NCBI GenBank assembly: GCA_951406725.2
Contig: OX597823.1
Location: 94,798,001-94,862,000 of the forward strand
Direction of reading: 5' to 3'
Length of the DNA: 64,000 bases
From: Octopus vulgaris
Lineage: Eukaryota
The position numbers were made by a program, and so were the translations under genes. How positions within the stretch are numbered: the stretch's first letter is position 1; the number at the start of each line of letters is the position of its first letter. The notes under the pieces were generated by a model, which was not told where the DNA came from, made no database searches, and worked only from the letters and a program-made list of their open reading frames with translations. Shown here piece by piece: positions 39,660-54,061 of this stretch.

Positions 39660-40317
39660 CCTGTTGCCCCATGAAGTAGAAGTCCAAAATGTTCAGATAA
39701 GCAACTTAGTTTTCCAACTAAAAACTTCTTTTTACAGTGCTAATTATAATTACTTTCTTACTTCGTTATCTGTCTATGTACCCACAGTTTAGTCTTAGTC
39801 TTCCATGCCGTATGCTAGAGAAAACTTAAGATCCCTGCATTCAATCCAATTCTTCCTCTTTTTACCTTCTCCTTCTCTTTCACACACATTTATTATTGTT
39901 ATTCATTCATTTATCTAATTTTGTTTACAGTTTGATTGACCGAAAACCGTTGGTTATAGCTCTAGCTGAGAATGCAAATGTCCATTTCTATCTCATTAAT
40001 ATTATTGTTGTCATTGTTGTTGTTCTTTCACACTGGCAGCCAGAGTGTTTCTGTTTCATGGTGCATCTGCTCATACCACCCCCACCACCTATATAAGAAG
40101 TCTTTATCCTCTGACTTCTATCGGATGTCTTTCCTCTGAACGACTCCAACAGCTTAAATGTTCCCCCATCCCTGCTTAGGGTTTATCTCCTATGGAATGT
40201 AGTGATTATGTAGCGCACAAAATGACAGTGTAGTGTATGCAGGTTGAATGAAGGCTATTGTATGTTTATGAGTTCTACCAAATGTGAGCTTTCTTTTCAG
40301 GTACAAGATGCTGCTGT

Positions 40318-41385
40318 CCCCCATCCCAGGGTCTCGCAGGCCCACACAAGTAGTTGATAGCTTCCATTACCGAGGTGACCAAGTCAGTAGCAGAGGTGGA
40401 TGCTCTGAAATTGTAGCTGCTAGAATAAGAATAGCCTTGGCAAAGTTCAGAGAGCTCCTACCTCTGCTTGGTGACAATGGGCCTCTCACTCAGAGTAAAA
40501 GGTAGACTGTATGATGCATGTGTGCGAACAGCCATGCTATACGGCAGTGAAACATGGGCCGTGACTGCTGAGGACATGCGTAAGCTTGAAAGAAATGAAG
40601 CCAGTATGCTCCACTAGATGTGTAATGTCAGTGTAAGCACCCTGAGAGAAAAGTTGGACTTAAGAAGCATCAGATGTAGTGTGCAAGAGAGATGACTGCG
40701 CTGGTATGGTCATGTGTTGCATATGCTTGAGGACAGCTGTGTGAAAAAGTGTCACACCCTAACAGTAAAGGGAACCTATTGAAGAGGTAGACCCAGAAAG
40801 ACCTGGGTTGAGGTGGTGAAGCACAGCCTTCAAACATTGGGCCTCATGGAGGCGATGACAAATGATTCAGACCTTTGGAGATATACTGTGCTTGAGAAGA
40901 CCCAGCAAGCTAGGTGAGACTGTAACTGTGGCCTATGCCAGTACAGCATAACCGGCCCATCTAAGAGTACCTTTCAATCATTGGGCAATAAACTGCACTT
41001 GCAAAGACCTGTTGAGTCAAGTGAAGTCATTGTTGTGGCCAATGACAGTACTGCCTGATTGGCACCCATGCTAGTGGTACATAAAAAGCACCATTTGAGC
41101 ATGATCAATGCCAGTGCCGCCTGACTGGCTTCCAAGCAGGTGGCATGTAAAAAGCACCATTCAAGTGTGGTCGATGCCAGTACTGCCTGACTGGACCTCG
41201 TGCTAGTGGCATGTAAAAAGCACCCACTACACTTTCAGAGTGGTTGGCGTTAGCAAGAGCATCCAGCTGTAGAAACCCTGCTAGATCAGATTGGAGCCTC
41301 GTGCAGCCTCCTGGCTTGCCAGCCCTCAGTCAAACCATCCAACCCATGCCAGCATGGAAAGCAGGCGTTAAACGACGACGATGAT
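40318..41385 (+). mobile_element. RTE-clade LINE 3' fragment with 3'UTR and (GAC/GAT)n tail
   Basis: Degenerate KGRLYDACVRTAMLYGSETWAVT, LRWYGHVL, GRPRKTW; repeated 3'UTR units. Confidence 0.88.
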
Positions 41386-41731
41386 TTTATATATATATAT
41401 ATATATAATATTGTGTGACATGGAAATGGTGAAAGTTGATTTCAAGATGTTGAGCCACAGAAAGAAAATTACAAAGGAATAAAGAAACACTGTGTTGGGG
41501 GGGGGGACCTGTTTAACACCTAAACAAGTTGATGATTGTGTGTGTGTGTGTGTGTGTGAAATAGAAACATATTCCTCTCATAAACTTACCATTTATATAG
41601 AAATCCAAGATAAACCATTCATGGATCTTTGTAGTTTGACGTGAGATGAAAGCAATAATAAAAGCCCGATGTGTGTTTGTTTGATTGAATCTAATAATTA
41701 AATGGCTGTAATTTATTTTTCATTTGATCAG

Positions 41732-41888
41732 ATCAAAGAAGCAAATTTCTGGAGTGATCAATTTGTAATGAGTGGGTCAGATTGTGGCCATATCTTCTTC
41801 TGGGATCGTTACACTGGACGTCTGGCGATGTTATTAGAGGCTGACCGTCATGTGGTCAACTGTCTGCAGCCCCATCCATTTTATCCAA
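41732..41888 (+). CDS. DCAF6: DCAF6 exon: [52 protein letters not shown]
   Basis: atcag/GTAAGT boundaries; conserved C-terminal WD40. Confidence 0.97.
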
Positions 41889-43322
41889 GTAAGTGAACCA
41901 AATCAACACTATTATTTTATATTCCTTCTAAAATCGCTAACCACCATTCTTGCTCTTTTGTATGAGTTTTGTCTTTGATTCGGCCCTCAATGAGCTGGAA
42001 TTATGATCTGGTTTTTACTGCCAGTTGCCACCATTTGCTTAAGTGGCTCATGCTACTGAGAAAGAAAAAAGAAAATGAATGTTGCATGCAATCTCCTTAC
42101 TTCTTTCTCTCTGTAACCAGAGACCTTTCATGTCTTCAAAAGGAATCATCATCATCATCGTATGTCCATTTTCCATGCTGGCATGGGTTGGATGGTTTGA
42201 CAGGAGCTGGCAAGCCAAAGAGCTGCACCAGGCTCCAGTTGTCTCTTTTGGCATGGCTTCTACAGCTAAATGCCCTTCTTAATGCCAACCATTTTCCAGA
42301 GTGTACTGGGTACCTTATTTATTCTTTATTTTGGATCTGGAACAATACCGTAAATGTAGATTATTTGCTCAACACTGGCCAGACTGGAAGACTGGATGCT
42401 AAAATAACAATGACAGGGATGAAGAATAGTTTTCTATGATGACAGTGCAATTATGTTTTGATCTTCAAGAGATCTCCTGGAAATGTGGTTTCTTTAGAAG
42501 AATGTGATGAGGATGTTGCATGAGGAATTTGTGGATTTCACTTCCTGCAATGCTTATATTCCATTGCATCTGTTTCAGTCTTTGAACAGCAGCCATGCAG
42601 ACCAATGTCAGGGTTATAACTGAAGCTTCTGGAATATCATTGCAGTTATAAATTTTGTGGGGCTCTGATCAAGCCTACCCGTGATCAGAGACATTTGAGA
42701 TATGACCATGGCATATATAGGAATGAGGTGGGGTGTTTGGCTGCTAATTTTAGCAGAAGACAAAATAACTTGTGGTATTTACTTTATCTCTGTTCTGAGT
42801 TCAAATCCTGTAATAATTGACTTCACTTCGTTTCATTCAATTATTTCCTGTTGCTCATAGCTGAGTGTTGGAAGGCCTTATCCAGAGTGTAGGTCATGTC
42901 ATCCAACACAGAAAAAAATGTGTTGATATAAGAGTACAGCTAGTCTTTGTCCAAGAATGTCTTTTATACTGGATTAGCTCTTTGTTCTACCAACAGGCTG
43001 TAAAATGTGTCTTTTGTTTGGTGCTGTTGTGAAGAAAAGTGTTGATGAGAATTATATATTATTTTTTCACCTATCTTAAGCAATGAACAGAATGGGATTT
43101 GGGATTAAGGGATTCTCTTCTGGGAAGACATTGTCTTTTGACAAGGCATGCTGGAGTTGTTTATCAATTGTACTAATCAGGCAGACATGGAACACAATGT
43201 TTTTGAAGGAACCGGAATTAAATTAAATATTGGTTGGTCTAAAAAATCTTATTAAACTCTTCCTTGGGTGGTGGATATTTTGTTTTATTCCTCTTCTGTA
43301 TGTTGTTCTTGTGTTCTGTTAG

Positions 43323-43411
43323 TTTTAGCATCAAGTGGCATAGACTATGACATCAAGATCTGGCAGCCTTTGGAAGAACATCCAAATTTTGATGAAGTTA
43401 AAGCCGAAGAG
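43323..43411 (+). CDS. DCAF6: DCAF6 exon: ILASSGIDYDIKIWQPLEEHPNFDEVKAEE
   Basis: gttag/GTAAGC boundaries; LASSGIDYDIKIW motif. Confidence 0.96.
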
Positions 43412-44043
43412 GTAAGCGGTCTCTAATTTTTAGCACAAATTAAATTAGATTATTGCAAACGATGCTTTGGTGAATTAATGCCCGGTTAATTGGTGTCAGA
43501 TGTTGGAAGCAAGTGAAACATTTCGGAGCTATGACTGTAACTAGTTTCATACTTCATTTCAAGAATTGGTTTAATGCCTTGACCAAAAAAAGAAAAGTGA
43601 TTGATGTAATTGGTGTTCTAGAATGCTATTGACCAAAAGGTACTGAACGAGCCATCTTGTTGGAAGTTGGCAAGTTGTGTTTGGAGGTACCCTGGGATGA
43701 TGTTAATTTATGATTGAGAAAGGTACCACAGAAGGAGAAGTAAAAAGACACACAAAGCCAGAATTATTAATCAACAATAGTTACCAATGGAAGAATTTTG
43801 GCAAATAAGGGAATGGTCCACGTTTTACTAATGAGACATTTGAAGGAATCCTGCTCTCTCTCTCTCTCTTTCTGTCTTTCTGGTCATTTGGCCGAGCAAA
43901 AGTTTTTGTGGTGCTTTTTTTTTCTTGTTTAGTTTAAGAACAATTAGAAATGTATTTTTTTTTTGTTTATTTGAATTTTATTGAAATTCTTTAAGGAATC
44001 AATGTTGCTTAGAAAAATGATTTTCTTTTTTTTTTTTTTTCAG

Positions 44044-44149
44044 ATTATGCATCGGAATGAAATAATGTTGGATGAAACGCGAGACACAATAACGGTACCA
44101 GCTGCATTTATGCTGCGTGTTTTGGCATCTCTCAATCAAATTCGTTCTG
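44044..44149 (+). CDS. DCAF6: DCAF6 exon: [35 protein letters not shown]
   Basis: poly-T-cag/GTAAGT boundaries; RNExMLxETRxTITVPAxFMLR motif. Confidence 0.96.
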
Positions 44150-45062
44150 GTAAGTTCACACACTGAAGACAGCTTATAGAGCTTTATTTCATACATTTTG
44201 TCATTCATGACCACCACCACAAACTTCAACAATGCTTGTAAATTATCATGAAGATGTCTTTTCTGGCTCAGAGCTGATTAGGGTGAGTTAACAAGCAATA
44301 GAAATTACAATAGTCAACTGAAGAATTAGATCCAGCTTTTACTTCTTGTAGATTTAATATTTTACCAATCTCCATGGCAACAAGCTGACAGAATCATTAG
44401 TGTATCAAACAAATTGCTTTGCTGTATTCCTTCAAAATGTTTATATTCTAAATTCAAATCTTGCCAATGTCAACTTGGCCTTTTATCCTTTCAAGGTCAA
44501 TGAAATAAAGTACCAGTTAAGTACTGGGGTGGATGCTACCCACAAGCCACCCTTAAATTTGCTGATTTTGTGACGAAATCAGAAACAAGTTTTTCTCAAA
44601 TGGTTCAACTGTGCCTTCTTTTATTTGTTTCTGTCCTTAGATTGCAATCAGCTTTTGACTGTGGTCAAGTGAGGAATTTTTAATGAATGGGGGGGGGGGT
44701 TTGAGAGGAAAAGTGAAATAATTTGAATAAAATATCCTTAGTCTATAGTCTATTTGTTTACTTTCATTTCTTTTTTGTTTTTTTTTCCAAATCTACAACG
44801 GAATTTTCATTTGACATAAAATGCCATTAACTTGACATGAATCATATTCATGGGTTTGTCTGGTCAGAGCTGACCAGGGAGTAAGGTTACACAACTTCAC
44901 CAAAGGTCATACTATTCCTTTAGGGCAGACCAAGATTCTGGCTGTTCATCATAACATTAACTCAGAAGATATGAAAGCTGGTCTTTGACATTCTTCAGTC
45001 AGTGGAGGAACAGGGAGAAAGTTATGGGTGGCAGGGAAAATAAATTCCCTCTTGTGACTGAT

Positions 45063-46090
45063 GTCATCATCATCATCATTGTTTAACATCCACTTTCCCT
45101 GCTGGCATAGGCTGGATGGTTTGACTGAGGACAGGCAAGCCAGAAGGCTGCACTAGGCTCCAATCTTGATCTGGCAGAGCTTCCACAGCCAGATGCCCTT
45201 CCTAACGCAAACCACTCCGAGAGTGTAGTGGGTGCTTTTATGTGCCACTGGAATGAGGGCCAGACATGTGGTACTGGCAACGACCACGCTCGAATGTTGT
45301 TTTTCATGTGCCAGTAAAGCGACACTGGCAAAGACCACACTCGAATGGTGCTTTTTATGTGCCACCAGCACGAGAGTCAGTCAGGTGGTACTGTCATTGG
45401 CCATGTCAGTGATTTTGATTTCACTTGCCTCAACAGGTCTTCGCAAGCAAAGTTTATTGTCCAATGAATGAAGGGTACTCATAAGTGGGCTGGTTATACA
45501 CCACTAGCATCGGCCACGGGTTATGGTCCCACTTGGTTTGCTGGGTCTTCTGAAGCACAGCATATCTCCAAAGGTCTCGGTCACTAGTCATTGCCTCAGT
45601 GAGGCCCAATGTTTGAAGGTTGTGCTTCACCACCTCATCCCAGGTTTTCCTGGGTTTACCTCTTCCACAGGTTCCCTCAACTGCTAGGGTGTGGCACTTT
45701 TTCACACAGCTGTCCTCATCCATTCGCAACACATGACCATACCAGCGCAGTTGTTTCTCTTGTACACCACATCTGATACTTCTTCTTAAGTCCATCTTTT
45801 CTCTCAGGGCGCTTAAACTCTGTCGTGTATGCACACTGACATTACACTTGCAGTAGAGCATACTGGCTTCATTCCTTGCAAGCTTATGCATGTCCTCAGC
45901 AGTCACAGCACATGTTTCATTGCCATGTTGCATGGCTGTTCGTACACATGCGTCATACAGTCTACCCTTTACTCTGAGTGAGAGGCCCTTTCTTACCAAT
46001 AGAAGTAGGAGCTCTCTGAACTTTGTCCAGGCCATTCTTATTCTAGCTGCTATGCTCTCAGAGCATCCACCTCTGCTACTGACTTGGTTA
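45063..46090 (-). mobile_element. RTE-clade LINE 3' fragment (track ORF 45454-46035) with 3'UTR and (GAT)n tail
   Basis: AWTKFRELL...KGRLYDACVRTAM..ET...QLRWYGHVLRM...GRGKPRKTW. Confidence 0.9.
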
Positions 46091-47587
46091 ATGGGAGAAT
46101 TCCATCAGAATTATATGAAACGTTTTGACTAACAGTTTTGTCTCTAATTATAAAACATATTTTTACAGGAAGAAAATAAAGAATAAAACATTAAAAATAT
46201 AAAAGATCAAATTATTGAGTAAAAAAAAAAAGAAGTCATGACTTACCTCACTAGAGAAAAAGTGAGAATGGAGGAGTAAGCAGCAGAAGAAAGGTGGGGG
46301 AGTAGTAGGCTGTGTATCCCAGAACAAAAGGCGTGATGAAGCATGCCTTGCAGACATGATTGCAAAGGCATTACTGTGGAGAATGGCTAGCAACACTCAC
46401 TGTAACAGCCATCCTACCTGTTGGGGCTCGTTTCTCAGACAGGCCATTGTGATCACAATTTTGTGGAGGACATTGGTTGTGTGGGATCTGAGAAGTGAAA
46501 TCTTGACTGGTGACGGGCACAAAATGCTAGCGGCTGGTTAGGCACCTGTATTTGTTTATCTTCCCATTTTAGGTTCTTTAAACCAGTTACAAACAAGTAA
46601 AACTTGTAAATAGATTTATGTTCTGCATATATTTTTCATAAAAGGCACCATTTGAGTGTGATTGTTATCAGCGTCGCCTTACTGGCACTTGTGCCCCGTT
46701 CTAGTAGGGTGCCAAGAGCACCATCTGAGCGTGATCGTTGCCAGAGCAGCTAACTGGCTTTCATGTAGGTGGCATGTAAAAGGGTACCATTTGAGCATGA
46801 TTGTTACCAGCATCGCCTTACTGGCACCTTGCCGGTGGCATGTGTAAAAAGATTCGAGCGAGGTCGTTGCCAGTACCGCCTGACTGGCTCCGTGCCGGTG
46901 GCATGTAAAAAGCACCCACTACACTCTCGGAGTGGTTGGCATTAAGAAGGGCATCCAGCCGTAGAAACTCTGCCAGATCAAGATTGAAGCCTGGTGCAGC
47001 CATCTTGTTTGCCAGCCCTCAGTCAAAATCGTCCAACCCATGCTAGCATGGAAAGCGGACATTAAACAATGATGATAATGATATATTTTTCATTATTCTT
47101 TTATTTTGAACCTGAGGGAGAAAGACACACTGTTGAAATATTGTTTAATAAACAAAATCAATGTGTCACTTTTTATTTTGATCAAAAATCAATGGAAATT
47201 GCAGTTGTGATACCAGTGCTGGTGGCACGTGAAAGAACCATCCAAACGTGGCCGTTGCCAGTGCTGCCATGACTGGCCTCTGTGCTGGTGGCACGTAAAA
47301 AGCACCAACCGATTGTGGCCGTTGCCAGCCTCGCCTGGCACATAAAAAGCCACCACTACACTCGTGAAGTGGTTGGTGTTAGGAAGGGCAACCACCTGTA
47401 GAAACACTGCCAGATCAGACTGGGCCTGATGCAGCATCCTCGCTTCCCAGATCCCAGTCGAACCGTCCAACCCATGCTAGCATGGAAAGCGGACATTAAA
47501 CGATGATGATGATGATGATGAATGATGATTATTTCTTTTATAACTTTGTAATTTTTCTATTTTCCATATTTTCTTCTTTTCGCTAAG

Positions 47588-47658
47588 GTCGGGCATCAGG
47601 ACGAGAAGATCAAAATTCTTCACGAAGAGATACTGGTGATAGCGAGAGTGAAGAATAA
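47588..47658 (+). CDS. DCAF6: DCAF6 probable terminal coding exon: (G)RASGREDQNSSRRDTGDSESEE*
   Basis: Pyrimidine tract + taag acceptor; correct phase; acidic tail then TAA; followed by ~1 kb repeat-poor U-rich 3'UTR-like sequence. Confidence 0.8.
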
Positions 47659-48700
47659 AATGCAAACCTCTTCTGCCAATCAATGTCTTTCAGTTGAATT
47701 CTTCAAGGACTGGAAAATCCTCACCAATCATCACTGTCTTTTTTTTTTTTTTTATTCAACTAATTTTCTATGATTCTTCTTTCCACCTGTCTGTCCATAT
47801 TTGGTGACAACAAATAAGAACAAAAGAAAAACTGTTTTAAACTGAAAGCTGACAGTTGTCAGAACTGTAAAATAGTTGAAAACTGTAGCTACAATACTAA
47901 ACTCCTCTCTATTTAGCTGTTATTTTTTTTTTATTACAAAGGATCTGTTTTCTTTTTTTTTTTAATCACTATTATTATTACTACTATTATCATTAAAAAC
48001 ACAATCACTATTATTATTATTATTATTATTATAATTTTTACAGTGATGGATATAAAAATTTCAAGGACTTCAGAGTGGGTTTGAGTGATATTTTTGCCCT
48101 TTCACATAATTGGTAGTTCCTGTTTGATTTATATTTTTATTATTTTTCTAACACAGACCTCTTTGTTTTTTGAAGGACTTTTCTTCAGTTTCTGTTTGAT
48201 CTTAGACTCAGTTTTTAGCAGCTGTGTTCCATCAGTGCTTTGATGCTTATGTTTCCCAGCTGAGGAATATCACTAAAACAATATATCAATTGACAAAGGA
48301 AAGTTGTTTTTCTCCAAGACTTTTTGCTACATTTTTGTTAATACTCTCTGTTTTTGTTATCAAATGACAAATTTTAACCTCGGTACCTCTTCAAACCAGC
48401 TCTAGATTTAGTTTATTTTTCTTTAAAAAAAAGCAAACAAAACAAACCATAAACTTTGAACTATTATTATTATTATTATTTCTGTTTTTTTGGTCAATAT
48501 AAAAAACCGTGGCATGTTTTTCTTTAAAGAAATAATTTTTTTATATACTTTCATCTGCATTCATCAAACTCAGATTTGTGCAGAGATTAAAAAAAATCTT
48601 TTTCTTAACAACAGTGATAATATTTCTTAATTAATCTCAGAATGTATACAAATAATATATATATATATATACATTGCAACTACATATTTCTTTTAACTGC

Positions 48701-48706
48701 AATAAA
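48701..48706 (+). promoter_or_regulatory. Candidate DCAF6 polyadenylation signal AATAAA
   Basis: AATAAA at end of U-rich region ~1.04 kb after the stop, followed by T-rich sequence. Confidence 0.5.
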
Positions 48707-49289
48707 CCATTTTTTTTTTAAAGCCATGTACTACGACTTTTTCCTTAACAGTAACTTGAGAAAAAATCTGTCATGTCTGACCTTACTCTAAAGCACTCGG
48801 CCATCAACCTTTTCACCTATTCTCTTTCATTTTTACTTTGTATGTTGATGCTACATCTCTCTCTCTCGGTGTTTCTAGATGGGTAAACCATGTATTCACC
48901 CCTTCAGCAAGACACTCACTCCTGTCCCTCAACCATAATTACTTAACCTTCAATACTATACTCCACTCAATTAAGTGGGCCTTGTTTTGTGGGAACTGGG
49001 TGAACTCATCAAGAACTCCCACTGCAATTTTTAAGGTAGTTAGTGTTAGGGAGGGTACCCAGCTGTAGAAACCATTACCTAAGTAGATATGTAGATGTAT
49101 ATAGTTCAAATTAATAGAAAAAGGTGAAGACAGGTGTAGGAACAACAAGCAAGAGTTTTAGTTTAATGCTTGGGAAAAATCGGAAAGTCTTTTATGTTTT
49201 GAGCCTATGCTCTTCAACAGAAAGGAATAGGAAGGAAAAATGAAGGGAAAAACTGTGTAAAGTTCTATTATATATATATAAATGTAGCA

Positions 49290-49730
49290 AAGTCAATCTA
49301 GAAATGTAAGCAAAATGTTGCCTGTTTAAATAATGAGTTCTCTGAGTTAGGGACTGGATTATACAATGTAAAACAGATCTGCCATCGAAAACAATAACCC
49401 GTGCAAAGTTGCTGGACCCTGTTGGGATATCAAAATTATTCACTTTACCCTTTCTAGTCCAGTATTTATTCTCAAATTTAATTGTAGTCTTCTCAGCTGT
49501 TAAAATAGTATCTGTATCCTGTCTAGATTTCTCTTCACAGGATATAAGTCGCAGTTCTTCATTGCAAAGATGGGTGTCTTATTTCGTAAAACAGAGTCGG
49601 GGAGTAATAACTTGACATCAATTTTGATGAATTAAGTTTCTTATCTGTAATTGTTTTAAACCAATCAATCCCATCAAAAGAGTTGGATCACAAGCTTCAT
49701 TTTGGTTATTTTTAGAGTATGTCTTTACCT
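49290..49730 (-). mobile_element. Penelope-like element RT fragment adjoining an HHR-type terminus
   Basis: Degenerate NSFDGIDWFKTITDKK and KTTIKFENKYWTRKGKVNNFDIPTGSS, resembling PLE RT motifs. Confidence 0.6.
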
Positions 49731-49845
49731 AATATCTTTTAGTTGTGGCCATGCTGGGGTACTGCTGTGAAGAATTTTAGTGGAACGAATCAACCTCAAG
49801 ACTTATATATCAATCTCTTTTGCCACAACATACACACACTCATGC

Positions 49846-49876
<31 letters not shown>

Positions 49877-52800
49877 CACATACACACTCTCGGCGTGGTC
49901 GGCGTTAGGAAGGGCATCCAGCTGTAGAAACTCTGCCAGATCAGATTGGAGTCTGGTTTGCCAGACCTCAGTCAAATCGTCCAACCCATGCTAGCATGGA
50001 AAGCGGACGTTAAACGATGATGATGATAATGACATACACGATGGGCTTCTTTCAGTTTCTATCTACCAAATCCACTTACAAGACTATAGTAGAAGACACT
50101 TGCCCAAGGTGCCATGCAGCAGGACTGAACCTGGAACCATGTGGTTACGAAGCAGATATCATACCACACAGCTTTTCCTGTGCCTCTCTATAATCAATTT
50201 ACTTACTTTACATATGTCTGAGTTTGAAGGGCATAGTAATCTAACTGTAGGATCAGTTGCAAAATGGGGCTTACGATCCTTCAAATTTATTTGTGGTATT
50301 CTACGCATAGGTGCAAGAGTGGCTGTGTGGTAAGTAGCTTGCTTCCCAACCATATGGTTCTGGGTTCAGTCCCACTGCATGGCACCTTAGGCAAACGTCT
50401 TCTATTATAGCCTTGAACTGACCAAAGCCTTGTGAGGAGATTTACTAGATGGAAACTGAAAGAAGCCCGTCATATATATATATATATCATCATCATCGTT
50501 TGTCTGCTTTCCATGCTGGTATGGATAGATACCCTTTCTAATGCCAACCACACCGAAAGTGTAGTGGGTGCTTTTTACGTGCCACCAGCATGGGGGCCAG
50601 TTAAGTGGCACTGGCATCAGCTACGACAATGATTTCACTTGACTCAACAGGGTCCCCTCAAGCACAGCATATTGCCCCATGATTGAAGAGTAAATGCGTG
50701 TTTGTCCTTCAACCATCGCTTGACAATGGATGTTGATGTGTTTACGTCCCCGTAACCTAGCAGTTCGGCAAAAGAGAATCAAGAGAATAAGTACCAGGCT
50801 TACAAAGAATAAGTCCCGGGGTTCAATTAATTCAACTAAAGGTGGTGCTCCAGCATGGCCACAGTCAAATAACTGAAACAAGTAAAAGAATAAAAAAAGT
50901 AAGAATACATACATTTCCCTCTAGCCTTCCACATATAATCTATTTACTAAATCTTTTTCTTTTGTCCTTCAAGTCTTCCTTTTTTAATAATGGAAATGAA
51001 AAATAAAATTTAAATCCAAATTATATCAGTTAATAGTCTTATCAGAGTGGAACAGTGTTAAATGTAAATATTTAACAAGTTCCCAGTATTTTCTGATACA
51101 GATTGAAACCTGCACCTATGCCTTCAATCTTTGCTTCTAAACCCACCAAACCAGAAGTAATATTGTGGGAGAAACAAAATAATTATTGATTATTGATCTG
51201 ATGTGATATATTTTAGTTTTTCCCTGCTGTTTTTGGTGACCTTGTGAACACACTCACACACTTCCAACATTCTGTACAGGGTCCAGTGTTCCCCAAGCCC
51301 TGAACCGAGGTGGTCTTCATAATGTTTTATCTTTGACTTGTTTCAGTGATTACACTGGGGCACTGCCTCGAAGAATTTTTAATTGAATGAATCACACCTG
51401 ATACTTTATTAATCTCTTTTGCCAAACCACAAAGTCACAGTGATGTAAACACACTAACACCAATCATCAAACAGTAGTGGGGGACAGGCACAAAGACACA
51501 TATTTGACAGGCTTCTTTCAGTTTCCCTTCAATGAAATTCACTCATGGACTTTTGGCTGGCATGAGGTTAAACACTTGCCCAAGGTGCCACACAGTGGGA
51601 CTGAACCTGGAACCATGTGGTTGGGAAGCAAGCTACCTAGCACACAGGAATGCCTGTGCGTTCACTTTTATTTAATTTTCTTTTTGTATCTCTAGAGATA
51701 GTCAAGAAAAAAAGACCTTGATGAGATGCTATTTAATTCCTGCCATTGTTTAAACCCTCCACCAGTCTATCAAAAACCCTCAGGTTTTAAACACCTTTAA
51801 CCACATCAACAATTTTGGGGTGAAAAAAAAAAAAAAAACAAGTGATTTATACCAACTTTCATCATGATTGCTCAGATATTATGATAGATTTAAATATCTC
51901 TTTACATCACTATTTTGTGGGGATGTGGTGGTCCTGTGGGTAAAAGCACAGGATGACATCATGAACAAGGTTCAATACTGACCTGGGGCAGTCCTAGCAG
52001 GTAAAAAAAGTTTTTCTTTTTTTTTTTAAACATACGTGGTAAAATAAAAAACATGCTTACTGAAGACTCTGGCTGGACTAGAAACCTCAACCAAATGTTA
52101 AATACCTACTTACCAACAAGCACCTTTAACTACCAGGCCACCAAGGCAGTTACAATTTGTAGGTAAAAAATGAGATATTTAAATCTATTTTCCTTAGGTA
52201 ATGACTACTGACAGTGACCTTTGGTGATGTGCTCTGCTTAAGAGGACCTGTCAGGCCAAGTGCACCTGTGCTAGTGGCACGTAAAAAAAAGAAATCAACT
52301 TTTGAATATTGGGCCTCATGGGGGCATAGTGGCTGAGTTCCTTTCAACTGTTGGGTCTCATGGAGGCAATGACCAAGACCTTTCAGAAGACTCAAGCTGA
52401 GCAAAATCAAAGTTATGACAGATACTGGTGTCAAACAAATGGCACATCAGACTGGAGCCTGGCACAGCCTTCCAGTAGTGTCAGACCAGTCAAACCGTCC
52501 AACCCATGCCGGCATGGACAACGGACATTAACTGATGATTACTGATCTGATAATCTAGGGCTGGGCAGGATTCAGTTGTTTTATAGCTAAAGCTGTACAG
52601 AGGCAGCAGCCAAGGGTTCAATACTGACAGGGGTGTATCTGGTACAAACATCTGTGACATAAGACTATGAACTCAAGGATTCACTTCTTGACAGGAATTA
52701 CCGGCCATCCTTAATCAATAAATGGAATTCAATAAACTCAGAACTTCAGTGTCTGAGATCTTAGACAAAGCAAAACAAAGAAACCCCCGAAATCGAAAAC

Positions 52801-54025
52801 CCCACAACACATCTCCATCAACAATCCTCAAAACAATGAGAGCTACATAACATATTGTTATTGTAAAAGGACCCCAGGATGAGGGAAATTGTTCAAGCAG
52901 ACACCAGAGTAAAAAGCAACTCAAATTAATGAAAAATTAATGACTGCAGCCCAACAGGAAAGTAACTTTTGTATGTCATGTACAAAGAAACCTATTTCTT
53001 TTTCTGAAAATATCTATATATATATATGTATCATCATCATCATCGTTTAGCGTCCACTTTCCATGCTGGCATGGGTTGGACGGTTCAACTGGGGTCTGGG
53101 AAGCCAGAGGCCTGCACCAGGCCCAGTCTGATCTGGCAATGTTTCTACGGCTGGATGCCCTTCCTAACGACAACCACTCCGTGAGTGTAGTGGGTGCTTT
53201 TTACGTGCCAGACGAGGCTGGCAACGGCTACGATTGGATGGTGCTTTTTACAAGCCACCAGCACGAGGCCAGATGGGGCGGCGCTGGCAACGGCCACGTT
53301 TGGATGGTTCTCTTATGTACCACCAGCACTGGTATCACAGCTGCAATTTCCATTGATGTTGATCGATTTCGATTTTCACTTGCCTCAACAGGTCTTCACA
53401 AGTAGAATTTTGTGTCCCAAGAAGGAAAGGTATGCATAAGTGGACTGAGGCCATGGGTTATGGTCTCACTTGTCCTGCCAGGTCATATATATATATATAT
53501 ATATATATAATATAATGTATATAGCAAAATTTTTTCCCCTACTATAACATGGCTGATCTATAAAGAACTATATTATTACATCTTGGAGTGGTTGGCATTA
53601 GGAAGGGCATCCAGCTGTAGAAACATTGCCAGATCAGATTGGAGCCTGGTGCAGCCTTCAGGCTTGCCAGTCCCCAGTCAAACCATCCAACCTATGCCAG
53701 CATGGAAAACAGAGGTTAAATGATGATGATGATGATGGCCGGATAACTGAAGAGATGGAGGCATGGGTTTCCTCCCCAACATCTGAAACTTGGAGTTTTA
53801 TCTTGGCTACCGAATAAATGTCACATATTATATTTACAGATAAATTCCTCTATTTACATAATATCGAGGTCTCTTTCATTCTTTTGTTGTCTTACCATTT
53901 CTATCAATATATATATACATACATACATACATATATATATAGGGAGAGTTTAAGAAAAAGACGAAGACAGGTGGTGTACAAAACAAACAGATGTATTAGT
54001 ATAACACTCAGGAATAGAAAAAAGT

Positions 54026-54061
54026 CTTTTACGTTTCGAGCCTATGCTCTTCTACAGAAAG
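54026..54061 (-). ncRNA. Variant hammerhead-like motif (CTGTAGA core) in Penelope-type terminus ~53940-54100
   Basis: CTTT-CTGTAGA-A-GAGC(atag)GCTC-GAAA-CG-TA-AAAG; homologous copies at 25034-25067 (+) and 49189-49224 (-). Confidence 0.5.

Noticed and set aside
45454-46035. 193-aa ORF as a host gene
   Set aside because: C-terminus of an RTE LINE ORF lacking the RT core; a decayed second copy is at 40.4-40.9 kb
52700-52960. Possible Penelope RT N-terminal relic (HIVIVK..DEG)
   Set aside because: Similarity too weak to call without a search
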